35,125 bases of DNA from Candidatus Heimdallarchaeota archaeon (GTDB taxonomy: Archaea; Asgardarchaeota; Heimdallarchaeia; Heimdallarchaeales; Heimdallarchaeaceae): assembly GCA_019057375.1 (NCBI GenBank), contig DXJF01000074.1:1-35125 (forward strand). The letters run 5' to 3'. The position numbers and the translations under genes are program-made. This document shows positions 27,044-35,125 of the stretch, piece after piece. Under the pieces are notes generated by a model. The model made no database searches. It saw only the letters and a list, made by a program, of their open reading frames with translations, and had not been told where the DNA came from. Every line of letters starts with the position of its first letter. Positions within the stretch are counted from its first letter, which is position 1.

Positions 27044-27889
27044 CTATATACCCTCCTTTACCCCTTCAAAAATTGAAGAATCATGGAGTTTTATAATATT
27101 TGAAATTAAGGCAGAAAATTGATTTTCAAAAACAGCTTTCTTGGTTTGATTATATGAAACACCTAATAATTCCCCTAAGAATCGCATTTGAGAACCATTA
27201 CGTAAATGTAATGGGGATTTTGGATTCATTGAAAATATGAAGGGGATGCGATTCTGTATTAATAATTTCATCAACTTCTTGCCGTTTCGTAATGATTGAC
27301 TAAATTCTTTATCATCGCATGAAGTTAACAAAGAGGCTAAAGATAACTCTACAAATTTATTATTTTGTTTTATAAGGGAACAAAGGGCGGCATCAACTGA
27401 AGAAATGTTTGAGCTAAGGTCTACTGCAAAAAAATCAATTCTTCTGTCATTAGCTGCCCATTTCAGTATATTTTTTGTTTCTGAAAAAATACCTATTAGT
27501 TCATATTGAAAGCGAATTTTTGGTAGATTCCTTTTTATTTCATCTATATTTTTACCAGATATGTTTTTTCTTGTCACAATGATGTGTTGATTTGAGTCCA
27601 TATCTATTAAACGGTTTCGAAGAACGGTTATGGCTTGTTCTAAATTGTAACTTGTATCACAGTACAAATCATACATGTGTGTTGGAGAGACTAAAGAAAA
27701 CTTTGAAATGCTAGCATCATCAATCAACTTGTTTCTTTCATCAATTGTTAGATTATCAATCGCCATAATAGGTATCTTGGTTATGTTAGCAATTTCGATA
27801 TAATCTAGTATTGTGAAACCGCCAATCAAGGATACATTGCTTTCAAAAGAAAGCTGAACGTTATTGACATGATTCTCTCTGTTTGACAT
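27044..27889 (-). CDS. rnp3: RNase P protein component 3 (Rpp30)
   Basis: WAANDRRIDF, VELSL, IPFIFS...SPLHLR...LLGV are consistent with the Rpp30 TIM barrel. It lies upstream of Pop5. Confidence 0.82.
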   Translation of the reverse strand: MSNRENHVNNVQLSFESNVSLIGGFTILDYIEIANITKIPIMAIDNLTIDERNKLIDDASISKFSLVSPTHMYDLYCDTSYNLEQAITVLRNRLIDMDSNQHIIVTRKNISGKNIDEIKRNLPKIRFQYELIGIFSETKNILKWAANDRRIDFFAVDLSSNISSVDAALCSLIKQNNKFVELSLASLLTSCDDKEFSQSLRNGKKLMKLLIQNRIPFIFSMNPKSPLHLRNGSQMRFLGELLGVSYNQTKKAVFENQFSALISNIIKLHDSSIFEGVKEGI

Positions 27890-28174
27890 GTTATTTTCAC
27901 TTTCAACTAATCTTTAATTTTTTACTTTCTTCAAAAATCTTCCTTCTTAGTCGTTAGTACTCACAGCTCGTAAACTTACTAATATGCTTCAATAGATTGA
28001 ATGTATAAAGGATAAAATACTCTAACATCTATCTCTCAGAAGAAAGATTTTATTGCAGTAATAAAATCAGAAAGCCAAAAGTTAATAAACTGCTTGGGTT
28101 ATGAAACCTCGTCATAAAACTTCATTATACGCAACCTGCTAAAATGGAGAAAACAGAATAGGTGTCAAATTCAA

Positions 28175-28654
28175 ATGGGTTTATACGAAAGAATTTGGAA
28201 AGATGAAAAGAACAGAACACTTCTCATAGGTTCAATAGTTGCATTAACAGTTCTAATATTAGCTTTTATTTTTTCAGGTTGGAATCTAAATAGTGCTCCA
28301 AGTTGGTTAAAAGGATTATATTTGGAAGATCCAACAGAAACATACAATGTTGGTTTGACAATTCTAGTTGGTTTTCTTGTTTCAATTTTCTACTTCTTCC
28401 TAATGTTAGCTCTAGCAACTCTTAGGGAAATCAGAGCTAGTTTACCGTCTTGGGGTTCATTTGTTAGTTCTTCCGTAATTGCCATATTGATTACTTGGAT
28501 AATTACTTCAATTAAACCAGGATTAGCTCAAGAAACCAATTACACTACAGCAATGCAATGGACCATTTTTGGAATGCTCATTTTGACAATCATTCTCTCA
28601 ATTGTATATATTTTCTTCACAGAATCTCCTGATGAAGAGGAAAAAAAGAAGTAG
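28175..28654 (+). CDS. Hypothetical membrane protein (~4 TM)
   Basis: Four hydrophobic segments and a charged tail EESPDEEEKKK-like. Confidence 0.72.
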   Translation: MGLYERIWKDEKNRTLLIGSIVALTVLILAFIFSGWNLNSAPSWLKGLYLEDPTETYNVGLTILVGFLVSIFYFFLMLALATLREIRASLPSWGSFVSSSVIAILITWIITSIKPGLAQETNYTTAMQWTIFGMLILTIILSIVYIFFTESPDEEEKKK

Positions 28655-28680
28655 TTAAGGGATAAATTCCCTTCATTTTA

Positions 28681-29088
28681 TTAACTAGAACTAACTTCTG
28701 AGATTAATTCTTCTAAAGCCTTAGAACCAGCTTTTAAAACTTTCATATTGATTTGATATGATGCTTCAGAAATAGTATTCCCACGGACTGCTTTTCTTAC
28801 ACGCCTACCTTTGCGTAGAACTTTGTATCCGACGCCGCCCTTTAATAGGTATTTTCTTCTACTAGCACCATCAATACTTGCTCTGTGGGGAAATCCATCT
28901 CTATCACTCCCACCAGTGATTATAAACTCCCAAGAAGGCAAACCAACTAAATTCCCTTCAACTTTAGCTCCAAGTTTTAAGCCAATTAGGGAATTTGCCT
29001 GAGCATCTCTAACGATTTTGGTGTGGCATTTACCTTTTTGATCTCCTATATTCAATTTAAACTCAAGTTGTCCTGCTTTTTGTGACAT
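28681..29088 (-). CDS. rps6e: 30S ribosomal protein S6e
   Basis: ITGGSDRDGFP and GRRVRKAVRGNTI. The ATG at 29088 is preceded by GGAGTG. Confidence 0.96.
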   Translation of the reverse strand: MSQKAGQLEFKLNIGDQKGKCHTKIVRDAQANSLIGLKLGAKVEGNLVGLPSWEFIITGGSDRDGFPHRASIDGASRRKYLLKGGVGYKVLRKGRRVRKAVRGNTISEASYQINMKVLKAGSKALEELISEVSSS

Positions 29089-29266
29089 TTTTTGCACTCC
29101 ATGATTAAGGGACTGTTGTATCTTATTACTAAATTATTAGCCAAATGTGATGTTTTTAACAGTTTTCATCATTAACTTATTTATTTATGTCCTTTGAAAG
29201 GAATTTTCATTCGAATTTTCTCACATTTTTGCTACTTTGAGTTACCAGAAAATGAGTAGGAAAGTT

Positions 29267-29282
29267 CAGCCAAATTTAAATA
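29267..29282 (+). promoter_or_regulatory. BRE/TATA promoter for tfb
   Basis: cagccaaaTTTAAATA about 43 nt upstream of the ATG. Confidence 0.5.
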
Positions 29283-29324
29283 CTCAATAGTTAAGCTATA
29301 TCCAGACTGCCCTAGGGTGTTATT

Positions 29325-30272
29325 ATGGCTCCGAAACCTATTAACATTACAACTAGTACTGAAGCTTCTCTTCCAAGGTGTCCTGACTGCAACTCATTGA
29401 AACTTACATTTGATGCCACTAGAGGCGAAGTGAGCTGTGGTAGCTGTGGATTAGTAGTTGAAGATTCTTATATTGATCAAACCGCTGAATGGAGAGCTTA
29501 TTCCAAAGAACAACATGTCAAAAGAGCTAGAACAGGAACTCCAAAAAATCTTCTTACTTATGATCATTATGGAACACTAATAGATTATTCAAACAAAGAT
29601 ATTTTTGGAAATTCAATATCTCCAGAAAAAGCTAGCCAGATGTTTAGATTACGTACTTTACAACGTAGGGCAGTTTTGCAATATGGAACTGAAAGAAATC
29701 TGCTTAGAGCCTTGAACGAAATTAAACGAATAAGTAGTCAACTAAATCTAACAGTTAAGGTTCGAGAGACAGCAGCAATGATTTATAGAAAGATTCTGAA
29801 AACTGGTTTAGTTAGAGGGAGATCTACTGAAGCTCTTGTATCAGCAGCACTATATCTTTCTTGCAGACTACATAAACAACCTGAGACATTGGAAGATGTT
29901 GCAGATAAAACCAGATTAAGTAAGAAAAAACTAGCAAAGAACTTTCGACTTCTTTTAAAGCATTTAGACTTGAAAATGCCTCTAGCAAGTCCTGAAAGTA
30001 GTATTGCCAAGTTCGCATCGGTTCTTAATTTCTCAACTAAAATACTTAATGATGCCCAAATAATTCTCACTAAAGCGAAAGCTGCTAAAATTACAGCTGG
30101 AAAGAATCCTAATTCTCTTGCTGCAGCTGCATTATATATTGCTGCTTTGCAAAATAAAACAAAGTGTCCTCAGAATGAAATTGCTAAAACATGTCAAATT
30201 ACTGAAGTGACATTGAGAAATAGATACAAAGAATTTATTCGAGTACTTAATCTGAAGGTTAGTTTAAACTAA
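29325..30272 (+). CDS. tfb: Transcription initiation factor IIB (TFB)
   Basis: Zinc ribbon CPDC...CGSCG, EWRAY, and two cyclin repeats (ERNLLRALNEI..., GKNPNSLAAAALYIA, ITEVTLRNRYKE). Confidence 0.96.
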   Translation: MAPKPINITTSTEASLPRCPDCNSLKLTFDATRGEVSCGSCGLVVEDSYIDQTAEWRAYSKEQHVKRARTGTPKNLLTYDHYGTLIDYSNKDIFGNSISPEKASQMFRLRTLQRRAVLQYGTERNLLRALNEIKRISSQLNLTVKVRETAAMIYRKILKTGLVRGRSTEALVSAALYLSCRLHKQPETLEDVADKTRLSKKKLAKNFRLLLKHLDLKMPLASPESSIAKFASVLNFSTKILNDAQIILTKAKAAKITAGKNPNSLAAAALYIAALQNKTKCPQNEIAKTCQITEVTLRNRYKEFIRVLNLKVSLN

Positions 30273-30682
30273 CCTGTTTTAATCACTTTTTCAATTGTGA
30301 TTCCAGTTACTTCAGCAATTGAACTTAAACTAGTTTCAATTTCATCTACTTCTACTGTTAAATCCTTTTCTTGTAAAAATCCTTCCCAGAAACACCTGTT
30401 TTCAACTAGGCATAACCCGGTACTATAAACTACCTTTGTAGATATTTTTGAAATGTTATTCATAATTTTTGCAACTATTTCAGGAGTTAGTGGAAAAATT
30501 TGAATACTCAGTTTAAAGACATCTGAAGCAACTGGAAAGAAGTAAATTGCACGGGCATTCATAGAATAAATGCTTAATATGTTATTTGTCTCTGAGACTT
30601 CCGAGAGAGTATCTAGAATTTCCTTTTCGATGGTTACATCGTCTGTAGAATTGTAAATTGTTGAATGGGTTAGTTCTTCCAT
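30269..30682 (-). CDS. Hypothetical protein, possible ACT-like fold
   Basis: 137-aa ORF with host-like codon usage. The alternating beta/alpha pattern is only suggestive of ACT. Confidence 0.65.
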   Translation of the reverse strand: MEELTHSTIYNSTDDVTIEKEILDTLSEVSETNNILSIYSMNARAIYFFPVASDVFKLSIQIFPLTPEIVAKIMNNISKISTKVVYSTGLCLVENRCFWEGFLQEKDLTVEVDEIETSLSSIAEVTGITIEKVIKTG

Positions 30683-30806
30683 ATAGTTTCACCAAGCTAT
30701 AGTTTTTGGATATCTTTTTATTTTTCTATCATATATAAATCAATAGTTTTTGCATTTAAACTCTTTCATAGAAAAAGACTAATAAAAACCTAGAAAAGTT
30801 ATATTA

Positions 30807-31379
30807 ATGGAAATTCATTTTGTAACTCACAATTCTTCAAAATACGAAGAAGCTTCGAGTATTGCTAAAGAGTACAACTTGTTAATTAGATGGTATGATC
30901 ATGAATACGAGGAACCTCAAGAAGATTCACTTGAAATTATTGCACGAAAAAGCTGTTCTAGAGTAATTCAAGAGAAACCTGAACTAAAAACACTTAATTT
31001 TTTTCTTGAAGATGCGGGAATGTTCATAGAAGCTCTGGATGGCTTTCCTGGGCCATATTCCTCATATGTGTTCAAAACAATAAGTAATGATGGAATACTA
31101 AAATTAATGGAGGGTAAAGAAAATAGAAGGGCATATTTTAAATCAGTGATAGCATTTCACAATGGGAAGTCTATAGAGACCTTTGCTGGAATAACAAAGG
31201 GTTCGATAATTCTTTCTACTATCGGTGATAAAGGATTTGGATTTGATCCAATTTTTAAACCAGAAGACAATGAACAAACTTTTGCTGAAATGACACTAGC
31301 AACCAAGAATTTATATTCTCACCGCCAAAAGTCACTTCGAATATTATTCACCTCCTTAACCGCCTTCGCAAAGCAATAA
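30807..31379 (+). CDS. rdgB: Non-canonical purine NTP pyrophosphatase (RdgB/HAM1 ITPase)
   Basis: [25 protein letters not shown] and KN.YSHR. Confidence 0.95.
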   Translation: MEIHFVTHNSSKYEEASSIAKEYNLLIRWYDHEYEEPQEDSLEIIARKSCSRVIQEKPELKTLNFFLEDAGMFIEALDGFPGPYSSYVFKTISNDGILKLMEGKENRRAYFKSVIAFHNGKSIETFAGITKGSIILSTIGDKGFGFDPIFKPEDNEQTFAEMTLATKNLYSHRQKSLRILFTSLTAFAKQ

Positions 31380-31392
31380 ACTGGTGAAATTA

Positions 31393-31845
31393 ATGGCAAG
31401 AATGCACGCAAGAAAAAGAGGACAAGCGAGTTCAACTCGTCCTTATAGAAATCAACCCCCTGAATGGATGCCTTACGATAAGGACTTCGTAGTTAAGAAA
31501 ATTGAAGAACTTCGAAGACAAGGTCAATCTTCAGCAGTGATTGGAGTTATTTTACGAGACCAATATGGAGTTTCCAACGTAAAGGAAGTTTTTGGCACAA
31601 AAATGAGCAAAATTGTAGAAGATTTAAATTTAAAGCCAAAATATCCTGAAGATTTAGTTAATCTTGTTAGACAAGCTTCTAATCTAAGAAAACATTTAGA
31701 AGAAAATAAGAAGGATCTTCATAGTAAAAGGGGATTACAATTAATCGAATCAAAGATTCGAAGGTTAGTTAAATACTATAAGAAGAAGGGAATTTTTCCA
31801 ACAAAATGGAAATACGATCCAAAAACTGCTGGTCTTTTACTCTAA
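31393..31845 (+). CDS. rps15: 30S ribosomal protein S15/S13e
   Basis: [23 protein letters not shown] and [18 protein letters not shown]. Confidence 0.97.
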   Translation: MARMHARKRGQASSTRPYRNQPPEWMPYDKDFVVKKIEELRRQGQSSAVIGVILRDQYGVSNVKEVFGTKMSKIVEDLNLKPKYPEDLVNLVRQASNLRKHLEENKKDLHSKRGLQLIESKIRRLVKYYKKKGIFPTKWKYDPKTAGLLL

Positions 31846-31903
31846 GTTACGATATTCTTTTATCTTTTTATCTTTATTTTATTTTGTAGGATAGTGGTAA
31901 CTA

Positions 31904-33397
31904 ATGTCATCAATAGAAGTTCCCTTTGATAAAATTCAAGATCTTAAGGACAAGGCAAGCAAAATTTCTGAGTTACTTAAAGGTTTAGAAGAAAATCTTG
32001 TAATAATTTGCAAGGTTAACCCTGATAATTTATGTGCATCAGGTATTCTGGTCTCTTGTTTAAGAGAAATAGATTTGGGGTGTCACATAATCTTTATTGA
32101 TAACAACTCAGATTTGGATGAACGAGTTAAGAAAATCAACTATTCAACACACATATTTATTGGTTTTCAGGTAAAAGAATTACCTAGTAAACTTCTCAAA
32201 GATGAAGCAAAAAATATTATCATAATAGACAATAAATTCACAATTGATAAGAGATTAAAGTTGCCTTGGAATGATATATTAACACTTTCATTAAAAGAAT
32301 TAGATATTCCAGTTATAGCCTTATCAAATGCAGGACTAGCTTACTTCATTGCTGAAGGTTTTACAGAAGATTATCCAAAATTCTCAGGATTAGCTGTAGT
32401 AGGTGGTTTAGCAAACAAGCAAGTTGACTCAAAAAGCCAGAAGTTGATTGGTATAAACAGGTTTATTCTAGAAGAGGGGAAGAAAGAGGAGATACTTAAA
32501 GAATCAATGGGAACAAGAATATCAGGTAGAGAAAGTCTTCCGATTCATTTAGCTTTGAAATATTCAATCAATCCATATTTTCCAGGGTTAACTGGAAATG
32601 AAGAAGCTTGTACATCCTTCGTATCTAAACTGGGGATTTCAATGAAAGATCAAGATGGTAATTGGAGAACCATTTCATCGCTTACAACAGAAGAAACAAA
32701 GAAATTGTATGACAGGTTGATTGCTCTTCTGGTAGAAGGAAAATCCCAATTCAGGACAGAATTGCTAATCGGCACCATCTACATTATTCTTACAGAAATA
32801 AACAAAAGTCAAACAAGAAATGCAGAAGAGTATTTATGGCTGTTAGAGGGAGCATGTCAAATAAAGAAATATGGTTTGGCCCTTGCAGTTATTTTAGGAG
32901 ATAGAACCAATTTATATGATGAGCTTAAACGAAAAATGGAAAATTACCACGGAAAAGCAGCACAAATAATTGAAAAAATTACCCAAGACTCAACAATTGT
33001 TGAAAATAAGGAATATTATAGGATTATAGAAAATCAGGATATTTTTGATTTAGAATCTGCTCCTCTTGTAATAAAAGCCCTTATTGAGAGTAATATCATA
33101 TCGATTGACATACCGCTTCTTCTTCACCTAAAAGAGGCAAACACGAACTATTTGTATATGCATGATTCACCAACACAGATTCAAAAAGGATTTCTAATAT
33201 ATCACATCTTTCAGGATTTAGTGAAAAAAAAGGTTCTAGTAGAAACATGCTTCAAAGGAGAAACTAAGTTTTTCAGATTAATACTTTCTGATGAGGAGTA
33301 TCCTGTCATTCTTGAAGAATTTAAGAAATCACTAAAGTATCATCATAAAGGTACAAAAACAGAAGCTAATTCAAAAGAGAAGGAAGACAATAAATGA
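31904..33397 (+). CDS. RecJ/DHH-family protein (GAN/Cdc45 orthologue) with degenerate catalytic motifs
   Basis: DHH-fold layout (LSNAGLAY, LAVVGGL..KQ, GINRFILEEG, PYFPGLTG, RNAEEY..LLEG) in the conserved rps15-RecJ-pcc1-rps3ae context. Confidence 0.8.
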   Translation: MSSIEVPFDKIQDLKDKASKISELLKGLEENLVIICKVNPDNLCASGILVSCLREIDLGCHIIFIDNNSDLDERVKKINYSTHIFIGFQVKELPSKLLKDEAKNIIIIDNKFTIDKRLKLPWNDILTLSLKELDIPVIALSNAGLAYFIAEGFTEDYPKFSGLAVVGGLANKQVDSKSQKLIGINRFILEEGKKEEILKESMGTRISGRESLPIHLALKYSINPYFPGLTGNEEACTSFVSKLGISMKDQDGNWRTISSLTTEETKKLYDRLIALLVEGKSQFRTELLIGTIYIILTEINKSQTRNAEEYLWLLEGACQIKKYGLALAVILGDRTNLYDELKRKMENYHGKAAQIIEKITQDSTIVENKEYYRIIENQDIFDLESAPLVIKALIESNIISIDIPLLLHLKEANTNYLYMHDSPTQIQKGFLIYHIFQDLVKKKVLVETCFKGETKFFRLILSDEEYPVILEEFKKSLKYHHKGTKTEANSKEKEDNK

Positions 33398-33651
33398 TTT
33401 CACATGAATCTAGCTTTACGATGGTTATTGAATGTAAGAATAATGATATGGCAAATATTATTGCCAGAGGTTTGGAACCTGAAAATAAGCAAGTGGATGA
33501 CAAGACAACGATAACTATGGAAATTGATGATAATAAATTGATTCTAAAGCTTAAGTCCTCATCTTCGATTTCAACTTTAAGAAATACAGCAGATGACATA
33601 ATTGGTACAATAAGTACTATTGAATCAGTTTACAAGAGTGTGAATAGCTGA
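33394..33651 (+). CDS. pcc1: KEOPS complex subunit Pcc1
   Basis: 85 aa, with I..GLEPEN and L.LKSSSISTLRNTADD. Canonical position between the RecJ-like gene and rps3ae. Confidence 0.85.
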   Translation: MISHESSFTMVIECKNNDMANIIARGLEPENKQVDDKTTITMEIDDNKLILKLKSSSSISTLRNTADDIIGTISTIESVYKSVNS

Positions 33652-33763
33652 TATTTAGCTAGTCTATAGTCCTTATTTTCTCTAGTTTTAAAGTTTATAA
33701 CCAAACATAATATTTAAAACTCGATTAAAGAAGAAGAAAAACAATATATTAGAGGTTAAACCA

Positions 33764-34420
33764 TTGTCATCTCAAAAATCAACTCGAAAAACTAAAGGAA
33801 AAACAAAAGTAGTGGACAAATGGAAAGAAAAATCATGGTACGAGGTAGTTGCTGCAAGTTATATTGTTGATAAATCCTTAGGAGAAACTCCTGCAAGTGA
33901 GCCTGAAAAACTAATTGATAGAGTGATTGAGATGGCTAGACTTGGAGTCGCTGAGGACATCTATTATGATATAAATCTAAAAATCAGATTTCGAATAACA
34001 AGTGTTGAAGGTAATATTTGCAGAACAGAATTTGATGGCCATGAAATTGCTAAAGAACAAATCAGATCTCAAATAAGAAGAAATCGTTCTAAGGTTGAAG
34101 CAATACAAAATGTTGTTACAAAAGATAAAGCAAGATTAAGAGTTTCATCTATTGTTATCACACCTATTAGATGTGGAGCAAGCACACAAAAAGTTGTTAG
34201 AAAAGCAATTGAAGATTTAGTAAAAACAACAGCTAGAGCCCAAATATTTGTAGAATTTACTCAAAACATGATAAATGGAACAATTGCTGGAGAGATGAAA
34301 AAAATCGTTGGGAAAATATACCCAATGGTTATGGTGGATATCAGAAAAAGCAAGGTATTATTGCTACCAGGTACCACTGCATCAACTCAACAAACCGCTG
34401 AAACTACTGTAACAGCTTAG
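33764..34420 (+). CDS. rps3ae: 30S ribosomal protein S3Ae
   Basis: DKWKEKSWYEV, F.GHEIAKEQIRSQIRR.RSK and KIYP....IRKSKVL. TTG start. Confidence 0.95.
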   Translation: MSSQKSTRKTKGKTKVVDKWKEKSWYEVVAASYIVDKSLGETPASEPEKLIDRVIEMARLGVAEDIYYDINLKIRFRITSVEGNICRTEFDGHEIAKEQIRSQIRRNRSKVEAIQNVVTKDKARLRVSSIVITPIRCGASTQKVVRKAIEDLVKTTARAQIFVEFTQNMINGTIAGEMKKIVGKIYPMVMVDIRKSKVLLLPGTTASTQQTAETTVTA

Positions 34421-34460
34421 AAGATTTATTCCTCCACTTCTTTTTATTCTTAATTTAACT

Positions 34461-35125
34461 TTATTTTACAGCTGATACAATCTTTATTATGTCATTATTT
34501 TGTAACTCGTAATCAGCTCCTACTCTCCTACCAGATGGTGCTAACGTGCCATGAATAAAGTTCTTGGCAAAGTCTGTATGTATTTTTCCCGCAAACTCTT
34601 TAGCAGTTGTACCCTGGGGGACAAGATAAGCATCAGGAAGTACGTTTCCTGATTTATCGGTAAATTTGGAAATATCTTCAACAGGAAAGACCACAATCAT
34701 GTTGAACAAGTTGAAAACAACGTGAGACAATATCTCTTGTATTCCAGAAGAACCATATTTTTGAAGTAAATCAGTATTAATTCTTTCAAGAAGCTGTGCC
34801 TTTTTCTCTCCCAGTTTTTCTTGATTCAGAATCTTAAAACTAGAACCACCTGGAGAGTAAGAAATAGTGCCATTTTTCTGTTCAGTTCGCAGAAAAACCT
34901 CTGCTAGGGCTGAAGCTGGAAAAATATCTACATCTAGTTCTTCCTTCATCTTAAGGAAATTCTTGTTGGATGTAGGTTGATCAATTTTGTTTGCAACAAT
35001 TATAATTGGTTTGGCTTTTCTTCTTATCGTTGTAATTAGTTCATCTAGTTTGTTATCCCAAGTTTTTGCATCATCGTCAATTAATCCAATTTCTCTAATA
35101 GATGCTTCAATCGTATGTTTCTTTA
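34461..35125 (-). CDS. ychF: YchF/OLA1-like Obg-family GTPase/ATPase, C-terminal part with TGS domain (5' end outside the window)
   Basis: The frame stays open to 35123. Translation gives KPIIIVANKID (G4), PASALAE, VLPDAYLVPQGTT..FAGKIHTD and TGS motif YELQNNDIIKIV. Confidence 0.9.
   Translation of the reverse strand, partial: KKHTIEASIREIGLIDDDAKTWDNKLDELITTIRRKAKPIIIVANKIDQPTSNKNFLKMKEELDVDIFPASALAEVFLRTEQKNGTISYSPGGSSFKILNQEKLGEKKAQLLERINTDLLQKYGSSGIQEILSHVVFNLFNMIVVFPVEDISKFTDKSGNVLPDAYLVPQGTTAKEFAGKIHTDFAKNFIHGTLAPSGRRVGADYELQNNDIIKIVSAVK

Noticed and set aside
28067-28115. Minus-strand ATGACGA...CTGA box C/D-like pair
   Set aside because: There are no recognisable D'/C' boxes, no terminal stem and no rRNA complementarity.
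29120-29172. Minus-strand ATGATGA upstream of rps6e
   Set aside because: There is no box D at a suitable distance, so it is probably chance.
668-33599. Many short ORFs antisense to or nested in housekeeping genes (e.g. 668-853, 2276-2635, 4602-4937, 7487-7813, 9093-9338, 13405-13746, 17174-17506, 29783-30070)
   Set aside because: They are shadow frames of well-supported genes, with no motifs or independent expression signals.
1-35125. tRNA, rRNA, RNase P RNA or SRP RNA genes
   Set aside because: I saw no cloverleaf with a T-loop GTTCRA in context and no RNase P or SRP conserved motifs in the intergenic spacers. A covariance search was not run.

Overview
This is an AT-rich archaeal chromosomal segment, most likely from an Asgard archaeon, possibly Heimdallarchaeia (inferred from an ESCRT-I-like UEV gene, a WD40 gene and the housekeeping gene set). 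Most of it is core information-processing genes: exosome Rrp41/Rrp4, SBDS, ABCE1/RLI, L15e, IleRS, RNase P Rpp30/Pop5, S6e, TFB, RdgB, an S15-RecJ/GAN-Pcc1-S3Ae cluster and a YchF-like GTPase. Accessory genes include an Fpg/Nei glycosylase, a radical-SAM + DUF4130 pair, TrmO, an M28 peptidase, an AglH/GPT transferase and a surface beta-propeller. The most notable items are: (1) a compositionally foreign, stand-alone 641-aa TnpB-like gene with an altered RuvC-III motif and a structured right-end omega-RNA candidate, with no tnpA and no CRISPR array; (2) an orphan UEV-coiled-coil-steadiness-box gene near a PTAP-containing proline-rich scaffold gene; (3) one strong and two tentative box C/D guide sRNAs, the strong one predicted to target 23S G2251 and U2593 (E. 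coli numbering); (4) a GAN/Cdc45 orthologue with degenerate nuclease motifs; and (5) an ABCE1 that lacks one Fe-S cysteine. All family assignments come from motif recognition by eye, and rRNA target sequences are recalled rather than searched.
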